From a virus (taxonomy: Duplodnaviria > Caudoviricetes): a stretch of DNA of 63,561 nucleotides. Numbering within the stretch: the stretch's first letter is position 1; the number at the start of each line of letters is the position of its first letter. The translations under genes and the position numbers were made by a program. This document shows, piece after piece, positions 36,535-46,220 of this stretch. Where the stretch lies: IMG/VR virus record IMGVR_UViG_3300044801_000216, positions 1-63,561 of that record; one strand, 5' to 3'. The notes under the pieces are model-generated. The model ran no database searches and was not told where the DNA came from. It saw nothing but the letters and a program-made list of their open reading frames with translations.

Positions 36535-37050
36535 ATGAAATTCAACATCGCTTCTCGAACCGTTTTGATCTCCGTTCTCTGTCTCTGCTTGATCGGATGC
36601 ACCCCCACGCAGATCATCGCCGACATCACGACCGCCGTGAACGCCGCCGAGGTCATCATTCCGATCATCATGCCCTTTCTGAACGCGAGTCCCAAGGCGC
36701 AAGCCGTAAGCGACTGGACCCAGGCGGCGCTGGCCGGTCTCGATTCCGTGTCGAACTGTCTGTCCATCGGCGGCACCCAAACCGAACAGGCGGCGTGCGT
36801 CACGGCCAACTTAGCCAAGGTTGCCGCTACCGTGCCGGAACTGGCCGGGCTGCCATCCAATGTCGCCGCGGCGGTCTCGGTGCTGGCATCGGATGTCGAG
36901 AACCTGCTCAAGACCTACGGGACTCCTCCTACTGCGAAAGCGGCGTCGAGCAACACGGAGATTCACTACAACGCTCGCGCGCAGAGCCAGTTGTCCGCGT
37001 TGAAGGTGCGTATCGCAAAAGACCTGGGACGGCTACGGGCGGGGATGTAG
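36535..37050 (+). CDS. Lipoprotein
   Basis: Hydrophobic N-region ending in lipobox LIG-C. Confidence 0.75.
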   Translation: MKFNIASRTVLISVLCLCLIGCTPTQIIADITTAVNAAEVIIPIIMPFLNASPKAQAVSDWTQAALAGLDSVSNCLSIGGTQTEQAACVTANLAKVAATVPELAGLPSNVAAAVSVLASDVENLLKTYGTPPTAKAASSNTEIHYNARAQSQLSALKVRIAKDLGRLRAGM

Positions 37051-37054
37051 GGCC

Positions 37055-37816
37055 ATGCCGGTCAAGTTAGGTAAGCGCGCCGCCCGGTTCGACCCGCGCA
37101 CGCTCAAGATGGCGCGGTATATCGAGATCGCAGGCGCTCCGCCCGCGCCCCCATCTGCAATCGACTGGCTCGCGAACGTGTCCAGTTGGCCCATGTATAT
37201 GAACGACGTGCTGGGCGATTGTGTAGAGGCGGCCGGCGGCCACATGGTCGAGCTTTGGGAGAAGTACACGAACTCGAACAAGCCGCAACCGACCAATTCG
37301 CAGATCGTGCAAGCTTACTCTGGCGCCGGCGGGTACGTTCCAGGAGATCCATCGACGGACCAAGGGACCGACATGCTCTCGTTCCTGAAGTACTGGAGAT
37401 CGACCGGTATCGGCGGGCACAAGATCCTGGCGTTTGTGTCTCTCAAGCGCGGCGACTTGACCGAACTTCGTCAGGCGATCTGGCTGTTCGGCGCGGCCAT
37501 TATCGGGGTGCAGTTGCCCGTAAGCGTGCAGAACGCAAACGAGTGGTCGGTACCTGACGGACTGTCGGGAGACTACGCACCCGGTTCCTGGGGCGGCCAC
37601 TGCGTGCCGGTTGGAGCTTACAACGAACAGTTGCCGGGGAGGCTCAGAAACAAGCTGGTCACATGGGGGTCGGTGATCCCCATGAGCGACTACTTCTACT
37701 ACTGTTATTGCGACGAAGCCTACGCGGTTCTGAGTCAGGACTGGATCGACACCAACGGCCTGGCGCCCAACTTGTTCGATCTGGATCTTCTCCAATCCGA
37801 CCTGGCGGCACTATAA
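37055..37816 (+). CDS. Papain-like cysteine peptidase (endolysin candidate)
   Basis: ND.LGDCV.A (Cys), GGHCV..GAY (His), VTWG. Confidence 0.7.
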   Translation: MPVKLGKRAARFDPRTLKMARYIEIAGAPPAPPSAIDWLANVSSWPMYMNDVLGDCVEAAGGHMVELWEKYTNSNKPQPTNSQIVQAYSGAGGYVPGDPSTDQGTDMLSFLKYWRSTGIGGHKILAFVSLKRGDLTELRQAIWLFGAAIIGVQLPVSVQNANEWSVPDGLSGDYAPGSWGGHCVPVGAYNEQLPGRLRNKLVTWGSVIPMSDYFYYCYCDEAYAVLSQDWIDTNGLAPNLFDLDLLQSDLAAL

Positions 37817-37823
37817 TAGACTC

Positions 37824-38027
37824 ATGTCAACCGACCGTCTCTTGCTTTTGCAGGCAATCTTCGTGACGCTTCAGATCATCAACGCGGGACTGGCGGGGAT
37901 TCTGCCTCATAGTCCCGTGGGGGCGTTCGTTCAACTTGTGGTTGCGGCGGTGGTAGGCGGGTTCCAGTTCTACCTCCAGAACCTTGGCAACCAGGCGTTG
38001 CCGGCGGCAACTCAATCGAAACCGTAG
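37824..38027 (+). CDS. Small two-TM protein (holin-like)
   Basis: Two hydrophobic helices; follows the peptidase. Confidence 0.55.
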   Translation: MSTDRLLLLQAIFVTLQIINAGLAGILPHSPVGAFVQLVVAAVVGGFQFYLQNLGNQALPAATQSKP

Positions 38028-38036
38028 GTGCGGTGC

Positions 38037-38291
38037 ATGGCCTTTAGAGCATTGCAGAGCCGTCATATGTACGGCGCCGATTACGACACCGACGCCCAAG
38101 CGCTCACAATCCAGTTCGTCAACGGAGCGGTGCATCGCTACATCGGCGTCCCTCAGACCACCGCGGATACGCTGTTTCAGGTGAGCAGTCCGGGGACTTA
38201 TTTTCACGACAAAATCAGGGGTAATTATCGCGAGTTCCAGATCGCGTCCGGCTCGACCAAGAGCGGGCGCAGAAGCCGGCGGAGATTCTGA
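38037..38291 (+). CDS. KTSC-domain protein
   Basis: YD....LTIQF.NG...RY.GVP...S.G.YF...IRG.Y. Confidence 0.88.
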   Translation: MAFRALQSRHMYGADYDTDAQALTIQFVNGAVHRYIGVPQTTADTLFQVSSPGTYFHDKIRGNYREFQIASGSTKSGRRSRRRF

Positions 38292-38292
38292 C

Positions 38293-39030
38293 ATGCCCAT
38301 GATCGCTTTCAAGTGTCCCTGTTGCGGACGTGTGGAGGACCAGTTCTTACATCCACGCAATATTCATGCGGGGATGACCCGCGAATGCGAGGGTGTGATC
38401 CTGCCCGAGCCGGAGATCAGGAAAGAGAAGGTCGAGATCAGGATTAACAACCCCGACGGCACTCAAACGATCGAGTACGAAGAAATCGAACTCGAACTCG
38501 CGCCCGCGATGACGATTTGCACGGGCACGATGACGCAGTGCAGCCTTATGGAAGTCCCGCGGTACGGTTCGCGTAACGCACGCGGGTTCGAGCCCCTGGT
38601 GGTTTACGAGCGCGTCGGCGAACTCTCTCGTGGCCAGCAGCGTTACTACGTTCCCGGCCGCAACAACGAGCCGACCGAACCGGGCATGAAGCGCGTCGAG
38701 CTGACCAACATGGCGGAGTACAACCGCTTCGTCAAGACCGCCAACGAGTACGAAACCGGAAAGATGCGAGATCACCGCGAGATGCACAGGTTCTATTGGG
38801 ACTCGCGCCGCAAAGCGATGCGGGATCACGTGGACTCGCGGATCAGGCATTCGCCGCTGCTTGTATCTCTGGCGCGGCTGGTACGTGCAAGAAGCGACCG
38901 GAAGTCCAACGCGCGTTACGGCAAACCGCTGGACGCTCACTTTCACTCGCAGTTGATGGAGTTCAACCAGGGCAACATTCAAGACTTCTGCGCCGAGGAC
39001 ACCGGATGGAAAGCGACACGTGCGCGTTAG
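38293..39030 (+). CDS. Protein with an N-terminal FmdB-like Zn ribbon
   Basis: MPMIAFKCPCCG..E. Confidence 0.65.
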   Translation: MPMIAFKCPCCGRVEDQFLHPRNIHAGMTRECEGVILPEPEIRKEKVEIRINNPDGTQTIEYEEIELELAPAMTICTGTMTQCSLMEVPRYGSRNARGFEPLVVYERVGELSRGQQRYYVPGRNNEPTEPGMKRVELTNMAEYNRFVKTANEYETGKMRDHREMHRFYWDSRRKAMRDHVDSRIRHSPLLVSLARLVRARSDRKSNARYGKPLDAHFHSQLMEFNQGNIQDFCAEDTGWKATRAR

Positions 39031-39204
39031 AATCCGGCACGGCCACACCCGGCCTGGACTTTCCCGACCCCGAGTGGAACATCCTGCCCGACGATTTCAA
39101 TATCCGCAAACGCAGGCCGTATCACCGCCGTATTCGTAAGCGCGTATCTCTTCGCCGCTTCCCGTTTGAACGGGTTAGAGTTACACTGACATTGTGAACC
39201 TCCG

Positions 39205-41418
39205 ATGAACCGCCACCCCGGTTACTCGCCTATCGACACCGCTTACTTGTGTCCCGCTCCATTCGAGCTTGACCGCAGCCGCCAGGAGTGGACCCCCTGT
39301 TCGCCCGACGAACTCTTCGCCTGGTCGCAGCAGATGCTCTCGGACGCACGCAGCTATCTCCGTCTCCAGCCGGCCTACAAGTACATCGCCGATGGCATGG
39401 ACATGGTCAACGGGGACTACCTGGTTACAGGCACCCAGTCGTTATCGGACGTGCGCACCGAGGCCACGATGCGCAACACCCGCGAGATCGTGGCCGCCCA
39501 GACCAATCTGCGCATCATCCCGTCGTTCAAATCCGAAGCGGAGCAGTACCGCGAGCAGAACGCGATATTAAACAAGGGCTTCATCGCCTGGCAGAACATG
39601 ACCTTCGCGGACCGTCAGCTCCGCAAGGCGTGGCAGTGGGCCTGCGCGGGCGGAACGGGGTACATAGGCCCCCGCTACGATCCCCATTATTATCATCGCG
39701 GCAAGGGAGACATCGTCTGGGACCCCTACGGACCGCTCGACGTTCTGCCGCTGGGTCTGCCGTCCAATCTGAGCCTGCAAGGAGCCTATGCCGTCGGTCT
39801 TCGCAAGAAGATGCCGATCCACCAGGTCTGGCGGATGTTCCCGTTGCAGCGCGACAACATCAAGGCCAACCGGGTCTCTACCGGCGGCAAAGGCATGGTG
39901 ATCGCGCAGGCGGTCAAGTTCGCCAGTGCGGTCCTGAAGCGCTTCGGTCAAGGCAACCGCCAGCCCGAGGAAGCGTCCACCTGGGACACAACCGACGTGT
40001 ACTACATCTACGTGGACGACGACTCGGTGAACGAAACAGGGCATCCGTTACAAATCTGCGGTCCCGACGGCCAGTGGGGCACCAGTTGGTCTTACACCGT
40101 GCCCTTTGTGGGACAACAGGTAGCTACAGGCCGGGTTCTGTCCGGCGGACGCCAGGAGTTCCGCACGGCCCGTCGCGAAGACTGCCTGATCTATCCCAAC
40201 CGCAGGCTGGTCATCGCTACGGACACCTGCATTATCAATCCGGCGCCGGAGCACCAATCGTCCTACCGCTGGGACGGCCGTGTGCCCATCGTGCAATTCA
40301 GGGCGGACGACTGGGCCTGGAATTTCCTCGGGTTCCCCGTGACCCGTTACGGCCAGTCGATCGAGAAGCTGATGATCGAGCTGTGGCGCGGCGTCGGCGA
40401 CAAGATGAATTTGAGCCTGAACCCCAGCGCGTTTTACGACCGCGGCTCCAGCGCGCTGGCAATGCTGCAAACGGTGAACCCGCGGATACCCGGATTGCGC
40501 GTCGGTTTGGACATGGGTTTGACCGGCGCTTCGAGCCAGTTCGTGCCCATGCTGCCTCACGAATGGTATCAGGTGGACTCCGGAATCGTCGAAACGGTGT
40601 CCAAGATCCTGCCGGCCATTCTGAAAGAGCAGATGGGAGTGGCCGACGTATCGGCGATGGCGCGGGCAAGGCAGCTACCCAGCGGAGATTCCACCGAAAA
40701 GCTGCTGGAAGCGATGGGTCCGCTGGTGAAAGACCAGTCGCGCAACATGGAGGAAGGCATCAGGCTCGCCGGCGAGATGTGGAAGTCCGACTGGTTCCAG
40801 TTCGCCACCGCCAAACGCCGCATGCAGATGTTAGGCCCCGATGGCGTCGCCGAAGAGGACTTAGATTTCGAGCCGGGCACGCTCATCCCAATGTCCGAGG
40901 ACCCCAACGACAAGAAGCGGACGCTGCCGATGTTGGAGGGACCGGACGGCTCCTGGAATTACAGCCCCGATGCGCCGGACGAACGCATGCCATCGCTTGC
41001 AGTGGAGCAGTTCGAGCGCGCCCGCTGGCACAAGGGAAACTTTACATTCTCCGTCACACCTTATTCGCTTCACGAGTTCAATTCCACGACGCGCAAGTTG
41101 TTCATGCTCCAGTTGATGAAAGTCGGGTTCCCGCTTTCGTGGTGGACACAGGCCGATTTGTTCGACGTGAAGAACTTCGGTCCCTGTATGTTCAAAGATC
41201 CCGAATCGGGAGAACTCCGCGAAGCCCGCAACGAGATCGAGCGCTGGACCGTGCAGCTTGAAATTCAGGCCCGAATCGCGCAAGCGATGGGCGGCGGAGG
41301 CGGCGGCAAAGGCAAAGGCGGCCAGCGCGGCCGTCCGCAGACGTTCGCTCAACCGCCCGTGATGGAAAGCAAGGCCGGCGGCTCGACCAGTACGGTCAGA
41401 ACATCGGCACATAGTTAA
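39205..41418 (+). CDS. Portal protein
   Basis: 737 aa; position between terL and scaffold/capsid; portal-like segments (ACAGGTGY, GVADV..AR..SG). Confidence 0.78.
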   Translation: MNRHPGYSPIDTAYLCPAPFELDRSRQEWTPCSPDELFAWSQQMLSDARSYLRLQPAYKYIADGMDMVNGDYLVTGTQSLSDVRTEATMRNTREIVAAQTNLRIIPSFKSEAEQYREQNAILNKGFIAWQNMTFADRQLRKAWQWACAGGTGYIGPRYDPHYYHRGKGDIVWDPYGPLDVLPLGLPSNLSLQGAYAVGLRKKMPIHQVWRMFPLQRDNIKANRVSTGGKGMVIAQAVKFASAVLKRFGQGNRQPEEASTWDTTDVYYIYVDDDSVNETGHPLQICGPDGQWGTSWSYTVPFVGQQVATGRVLSGGRQEFRTARREDCLIYPNRRLVIATDTCIINPAPEHQSSYRWDGRVPIVQFRADDWAWNFLGFPVTRYGQSIEKLMIELWRGVGDKMNLSLNPSAFYDRGSSALAMLQTVNPRIPGLRVGLDMGLTGASSQFVPMLPHEWYQVDSGIVETVSKILPAILKEQMGVADVSAMARARQLPSGDSTEKLLEAMGPLVKDQSRNMEEGIRLAGEMWKSDWFQFATAKRRMQMLGPDGVAEEDLDFEPGTLIPMSEDPNDKKRTLPMLEGPDGSWNYSPDAPDERMPSLAVEQFERARWHKGNFTFSVTPYSLHEFNSTTRKLFMLQLMKVGFPLSWWTQADLFDVKNFGPCMFKDPESGELREARNEIERWTVQLEIQARIAQAMGGGGGGKGKGGQRGRPQTFAQPPVMESKAGGSTSTVRTSAHS

Positions 41419-41430
41419 GGAGACAGTCGA

Positions 41431-41589
41431 ATGCTCGTTACGATTCTGTTGGTATTCGCTTTCGTGCTCGCGTTGATCGGTTCGGTCATGGGTCCGGCAG
41501 TGGAGCCCTGGACCTGGCGTTGGCGCCTGGTCTGGCTCGGCGTGTCCTGCTGGATTCTGGCCACGCTGCTGGCGCAGGGTAAGTTCTAA
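41431..41589 (+). CDS. 52-aa two-TM membrane peptide (not in ORF track)
   Basis: SD TAAGGAG; MLVTILLVFAFVLALIGS...WRLVWLGVSCWILATLL. Confidence 0.65.
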   Translation: MLVTILLVFAFVLALIGSVMGPAVEPWTWRWRLVWLGVSCWILATLLAQGKF

Positions 41590-41590
41590 C

Positions 41591-41767
41591 GTGCCTTCCA
41601 GCGAGGTCATGCACGAGTTCAAGCGGGGACGCTTGCATTCCGGAGGCAAGCGCGGCCTCAAGGTGAAGTCCCGCAAGCAGGCGATCGCGATCATGCTGTC
41701 GGAGCGCCGTAAGGAGCGTGGCGGTGCCGGAAAACGAAAACGGTCGCGTTCCACCAAGCAGCGGTAA
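41591..41767 (+). CDS. 58-aa basic protein, DUF6496-like (not in ORF track)
   Basis: VMHEFKRG.LHSG...VKSRKQAIAI.LSE. Confidence 0.75.
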   Translation: MPSSEVMHEFKRGRLHSGGKRGLKVKSRKQAIAIMLSERRKERGGAGKRKRSRSTKQR

Positions 41768-41993
41768 GACCTGTGGAACCTTCAACGGTTCTTCGCTCTC
41801 CGCTTTGACGGGCGCCGTACCATCCGCCAAGCTACAGGTAGAAGTCCGTTTGCCGGCGTCTTCGATGGCTGAAGTTCTGGAAACGATTCACCGCTTGGGC
41901 AGGACCGGCAATCTGACCGTGAACTTCTCGAACGGTCACGCGATGGACCTCAAGTGGTCCAGCAGCAGGCAGGCAAAACCACCGGAAGTGTAG
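41718..41993 (+). CDS. Hypothetical protein, 91 aa
   Basis: SD TAAGGAG before GTG. Confidence 0.55.
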   Translation: MAVPENENGRVPPSSGKTCGTFNGSSLSALTGAVPSAKLQVEVRLPASSMAEVLETIHRLGRTGNLTVNFSNGHAMDLKWSSSRQAKPPEV

Positions 41994-42012
41994 ACTCTAC
42001 AGGAATCCGCAC

Positions 42013-42042
42013 TTGACAGATTCGATCTCTTACCCCCATACT
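42013..42042 (+). promoter_or_regulatory. Promoter upstream of the head operon
   Basis: TTGACA-N18-CATACT, 11 bp downstream of a TGTAGACTCTACA palindrome. Confidence 0.6.
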
Positions 42043-42114
42043 GTTTGCTGAAGGGCGTTCATCGCGGCAGGGAACGTCCCCGGATGCGATTCACCTCCTT
42101 GGGTGGATTTAGCG

Positions 42115-42160
42115 AAAGGCAGGTCACTCAATCAGCCGGGTGGCCTGCCTTTTGTGTTTC
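42115..42160 (+). terminator. Intrinsic terminator/attenuator-like hairpin
   Basis: AAAGGCAGGTCACT/GGTGGCCTGCCTTT followed by a T-rich tract. Confidence 0.65.
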
Positions 42161-42262
42161 TGGGGACTGGCTCTAATGCGCAGTGCGTTCGTTCCAAGTA
42201 CCGATAGCCGGGACACAGGGTAACCTGTTCGATCCTTGGTGGTCGGAGAAAGGAGCAACACC

Positions 42263-42340
42263 ATGACGGAGAACCTGTTCGGGCCGGTGGAGAATCGGCG
42301 CGGTAAGGGACGCCACAAGGGCCGCGGCAAAAAGCGGTAA
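42263..42340 (+). CDS. 25-aa basic peptide (not in ORF track)
   Basis: SD AAAGGAG; MTENLFGPVENRRGKGRHKGRGKKR. Confidence 0.6.
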   Translation: MTENLFGPVENRRGKGRHKGRGKKR

Positions 42341-42439
42341 CCTGTGAGACCGGCCCCCGTTCGATTCGACTCTTGCGGGGGCCGGCCTTGACTTGTAACC
42401 AGTACCAGCCCTTTGTAGAACGTAACGGAGGGATATTCG

Positions 42440-42793
42440 ATGCCTGAAGTCAACTCGCCCGCGTCGGCGTCCCCCTCGATGCTGGCCGGAATGAACCCTC
42501 CCCCGCCGGAAGGCGGCGGCGAAATGTCGGGCCGCGTGCCCGGCTCCGGTTCCCCGGACCAGGCTCAGGCCGGATCGCAGCCGGACCAGCAACGGTCCTC
42601 TGCGGACGCGAAGCTGAACAAGGACGTTCAGACACTACGCTCGATGGAGGCGGCGCTGCTGGAGATGGGACAATCCTATCCGACAGCCACCAAGAGCCTC
42701 CGAACCGCTTCGGAGTCCATCCGTTCCGCACAAAGGCAGATCGTGTCGAGTCCAGGCACGGCCGAGCCCCCGGTGCCCAACACCACCGCGTGA
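42440..42793 (+). CDS. Hypothetical P/G/Q-rich head-region protein
   Basis: SD GGAGG; lies between portal and scaffold. Confidence 0.75.
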   Translation: MPEVNSPASASPSMLAGMNPPPPEGGGEMSGRVPGSGSPDQAQAGSQPDQQRSSADAKLNKDVQTLRSMEAALLEMGQSYPTATKSLRTASESIRSAQRQIVSSPGTAEPPVPNTTA

Positions 42794-42905
42794 CAGGCGG
42801 GGTGCTGGCAAGGCGCCGCGGACAAACTTGACCGGGCCAGGTTCGATCGGCAGTTTAGTTCAGCAACCCGTTGCACAAATGCAAACGGACTGAAAGGAAA
42901 ACAAC

Positions 42906-43940
42906 GTGCCAGTAGACAAGCAGTTTTTGGAACAGTGCATCGCAGAAGCCTCCGATGGCGACCAGGAGTTCGCCACCGCCTTGCGCGCCAAGCTCAGTGC
43001 GAACGACACTCTGGCGGCCAAGTTCGTAGGCGGCTACATGCGCAATTCGGACTACACCAGGAAGACGCAGGAGTTGTCCGACCAGCGCAGGCAGTTCGAC
43101 GGTCAATCCGGACAGCTCGACACCTTGCGCAAGGCGCTCGAAGCCGCCGAAATGGAGAAGGCGAACATCCTGAAGGAATTGGCGGGCCACCGCATCGGCA
43201 CCGCCAAAGCGCGCGAGCTGATGAAGCTCCTGCAAGAGAAGTATCAATTGACCGACGACGATCTGCCGGGGATGAGCGATCTGATCGAGACCTCCAAAAA
43301 GGGCAAGCCGGTCGATACGACCGAGGACGTGGACTCCCGCATCAAGGCAGCGGTCGCCGAAGCCGAAACCCGGATGGAGAAGAAGTTCGCCGGCGCGATG
43401 ATCCCCGAGATCGGCGCCATGGCCGCGATGCCCCGCGTATGGGGCTCGATCGAGCGAGAGCACAAGGATCTGACCGGCAAGGATCTCAGCGACGAAGAAG
43501 CCACGGCGATCCTACAGGACGCGCGCACGAACAACAAGTCGCTGCGCCAGTCCTGGGAGGACAAGTTCGGCATCGGCGGCAGCGACGGCCTGCGGATGCA
43601 GAAGCGCGACGAGAAGCTGAAGTCGCAGTGGCAGGCCGATCGCGAGAAGGAAGAAGCGGATAAGCGCAGCAAACAGGCGCTCGAAGTGGTAACACCCGCC
43701 CAGGCGGACCTGGGAAGCGGACCCGGCATCAGCCCCGCGTTCAAGACCAGGTTCAGAACTTTCGAGATGGACCCGAACAAACCGGCGCAGGCTGCCGGCG
43801 ACGGGGTTCCTACCTTGAAGGTCGAACCCGGACAGCATGTGCGGCAAGCGGGCGACCGCGGACCCTCTGGAGCGCAGCGGGCCGCCGCGAAGTTTTTGGA
43901 GAGAGTCAACAGCGGAGGTTACGGCAAGAAAACGGCGTAG
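42906..43940 (+). CDS. Capsid scaffolding protein
   Basis: DYTRKTQEL motif; charged coiled coil; directly before the MCP. Confidence 0.78.
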   Translation: MPVDKQFLEQCIAEASDGDQEFATALRAKLSANDTLAAKFVGGYMRNSDYTRKTQELSDQRRQFDGQSGQLDTLRKALEAAEMEKANILKELAGHRIGTAKARELMKLLQEKYQLTDDDLPGMSDLIETSKKGKPVDTTEDVDSRIKAAVAEAETRMEKKFAGAMIPEIGAMAAMPRVWGSIEREHKDLTGKDLSDEEATAILQDARTNNKSLRQSWEDKFGIGGSDGLRMQKRDEKLKSQWQADREKEEADKRSKQALEVVTPAQADLGSGPGISPAFKTRFRTFEMDPNKPAQAAGDGVPTLKVEPGQHVRQAGDRGPSGAQRAAAKFLERVNSGGYGKKTA

Positions 43941-43961
43941 CCTCGAAAGGAGTGAAATCAG

Positions 43962-45101
43962 GTGGCAGATCCGTTGTTAGATCCTATCAACGAAACGACA
44001 CTTCCGGAAGTGAACCAGGATGCGATCGAGGATGAGTTCTTTCTATCGAGCGTTTTCCAGGCTCACCTCCGCAGTAAGTGCTTGGTTCCTTTTGAGGGCG
44101 GCGCTTTCATGCGCAACCTTCAACTCTATGCGCCTCTCATCGGCGGCGCATATGCCAAGGGCGTAGGCGGCTTCAATCTCACCAAGCCGCTGACAATCAG
44201 CTCGAACGTCTTCGACCCTAAGTACTACGTGGTCATGATTGTCGAGTACCTGGAGGACATCAGCGTCCTCAACACAGGGGACCTTGCGGTCTTCAGCCTG
44301 CTCGAAACCGACATGGCGAACGCCTACCTGACCATGAGCACAATCATGGCGCTGGATCTCCAGCAGAACGGCCAGGTGGCGCCTCGGACCATCAACATGA
44401 ACGGCTGGACGGAGTTCCTGAACAACGGCGTGGACCCCTCGTATGACGCGGGCATCTACACCACCTACGGCACGGCTGCCCGCAACGGCGCGACCGGCGC
44501 GGCGCTCAACGGCAATGTCTACTGGGGCGGACAGGCCAAGTCGGGTTCGACCGCCGCGGCCGGCACGATCCAGTACGCGCAGATCAACGCGATGTACATC
44601 TTGGCCAAGCGCGGCCAGGCCGAGCCGGAGTTGTTCACGATGAACAAGCCGCTCAACAACTTTGTCGAGAACCGCATTCAGCAACAGCAGCGGTTTGGCA
44701 CGGAAGGCGCGGGAGTACGCGACCCGTTCTTCGGCGCGATGGGGTTCCGCTTCAAGAACCTGATTGTGATGGTGGACGACTACTTCCCGTCGAGCTTCGG
44801 CGCGTTCGGCAAGACCACCAATCCGGGCGGCAGCAACCTGACCGGCACGGTGGCGACCGGCGCCGCGACCAGCTCTAACTTCCCGCTGAACGCGACCTGC
44901 ACGGTTGGCGAGGTCGGCTGCATGTTCAACATGGGCCGCATCGCTTTCCGGCTCTCGGCCAGCTCGGAGTTCGGCTTCATGCCGACCGACTTCATACGGG
45001 CTCCCGACAACACGCGGGTAGCTTCTCAACTGAAGGCCGCCGTCAACGTCGAGAACACCGCCCCCTGGACCGGAGTTCAGGGTTACGGCTGGACTTCATA
45101 G
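43962..45101 (+). CDS. Major capsid protein
   Basis: 379 aa; follows the scaffold; strong codon bias; QQQRF...GF..F.....VD segment. Confidence 0.85.
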   Translation: MADPLLDPINETTLPEVNQDAIEDEFFLSSVFQAHLRSKCLVPFEGGAFMRNLQLYAPLIGGAYAKGVGGFNLTKPLTISSNVFDPKYYVVMIVEYLEDISVLNTGDLAVFSLLETDMANAYLTMSTIMALDLQQNGQVAPRTINMNGWTEFLNNGVDPSYDAGIYTTYGTAARNGATGAALNGNVYWGGQAKSGSTAAAGTIQYAQINAMYILAKRGQAEPELFTMNKPLNNFVENRIQQQQRFGTEGAGVRDPFFGAMGFRFKNLIVMVDDYFPSSFGAFGKTTNPGGSNLTGTVATGAATSSNFPLNATCTVGEVGCMFNMGRIAFRLSASSEFGFMPTDFIRAPDNTRVASQLKAAVNVENTAPWTGVQGYGWTS

Positions 45102-45119
45102 GAAAGGGGGACCACTCAC

Positions 45120-45791
45120 ATGGCAGCAGCCAGAGGAAACTACAGAGACGTACTCATCACCCAGCGGTATCTCAATACCGCCACCTACGCGGGCGACCCC
45201 GCGCCCGGCACGCTCGTTCAAACGTCCGACGTGTCCGGCTCCATCGTGCAGTCCTACGACGGCATGAAGGGCGCGATCATGACGTTCAGCGCCGCGGAAG
45301 CCGCCAATTACAGCGATCCCAACTACGCGACGCTGTACGGCGGCGAGTTCCAGTACGTGCGGTTCGTGCCCGCTACCGGGCCGGCCGTGCAGGGCCAGGT
45401 CGTGTTCTGGAAGGACTCGACCGTCAACCTGCTCACCGGGTACCGCGATGTCACCTCCGACGAATCCGCCGCCGAACTGGGCGAGATCGCCGGCATCGCG
45501 CTCGCCAACACCGCCAAGAACAAGTATTGGTGGATTCAGATTTCGGGCGTGGCGCAGGTGAAGTTCGCCGGCGCTAACAACGCGGCGACGCCGGCGGTCG
45601 GCGATCTCGTGTTCGCCGATTACGCGGCCGGCAGCATCTATGCGATCAACCCGACGCAGAGCACTACCGGGCTGACCCTGGCGCAGTTGAAGGCGTGGCT
45701 GGGCACCGCTTTTGCGACGGCGCCGGCCAACAGCTCGATCTCGCCTGTTCTGTTGGGCGGACCCGGTCCCAAGTACTATCCGGGCACCTAA
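45120..45791 (+). CDS. Capsid decoration/cement protein
   Basis: FQYVRF, AGIAL...YWWIQISG.A.VK; follows the MCP. Confidence 0.65.
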   Translation: MAAARGNYRDVLITQRYLNTATYAGDPAPGTLVQTSDVSGSIVQSYDGMKGAIMTFSAAEAANYSDPNYATLYGGEFQYVRFVPATGPAVQGQVVFWKDSTVNLLTGYRDVTSDESAAELGEIAGIALANTAKNKYWWIQISGVAQVKFAGANNAATPAVGDLVFADYAAGSIYAINPTQSTTGLTLAQLKAWLGTAFATAPANSSISPVLLGGPGPKYYPGT

Positions 45792-45804
45792 GGAGGACAC
45801 CTAC

Positions 45805-46170
45805 ATGGCAGGTTCTTTCGCGGACAGCCCGCGTAACGGCTGTTGGGGAGATCGTCCCTACTCGGTGATCGATTGGCCGGGACCGGCATCGTACTCGCAG
45901 GTCTCGGAAGCTACTCCGCCGACCGGAGGCCAGGCGATCGATCCGACGGCCTTCGGCTTGGTAGCCGGTCTGGAGGGCATCTTCATGGTCGGCGCGTCCA
46001 CCACCGGCACTTACGGTGTGGTGGCGATGCAGGCGGGCGGACAACAACCGGGGCTTCCCAATCCGGCATGGATCTTGCTCTGGTACAACCTGCATACCGG
46101 AGCCGAAGCGTCCGGGGCGGCCAACTTGTCCGGAGAAACGGTTCGCTTGATCGCGTTCGGACCGTACTAA
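45805..46170 (+). CDS. Small virion protein (decoration-like), 121 aa
   Basis: SD TAAGGAGG; E.SG.ANLS..TVRL.AFG end. Confidence 0.65.
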   Translation: MAGSFADSPRNGCWGDRPYSVIDWPGPASYSQVSEATPPTGGQAIDPTAFGLVAGLEGIFMVGASTTGTYGVVAMQAGGQQPGLPNPAWILLWYNLHTGAEASGAANLSGETVRLIAFGPY

Positions 46171-46220
46171 CTATCGGGGCGGGGACATGACATCCGGTCG
46201 AGTCCCCGCTTGGATTGTGC

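Noticed and set aside
32858-41261. Long shadow ORFs (32858-34546 minus, 35437-36780 minus, 39288-41261 plus)
   Set aside because: These are high-GC3 artefacts overlapping terminase, GT and portal genes, with no recognisable motifs
42195-42250. tRNA suggested by GTTCGATCC
   Set aside because: No cloverleaf could be built; it folds better as one long GNRA-capped stem
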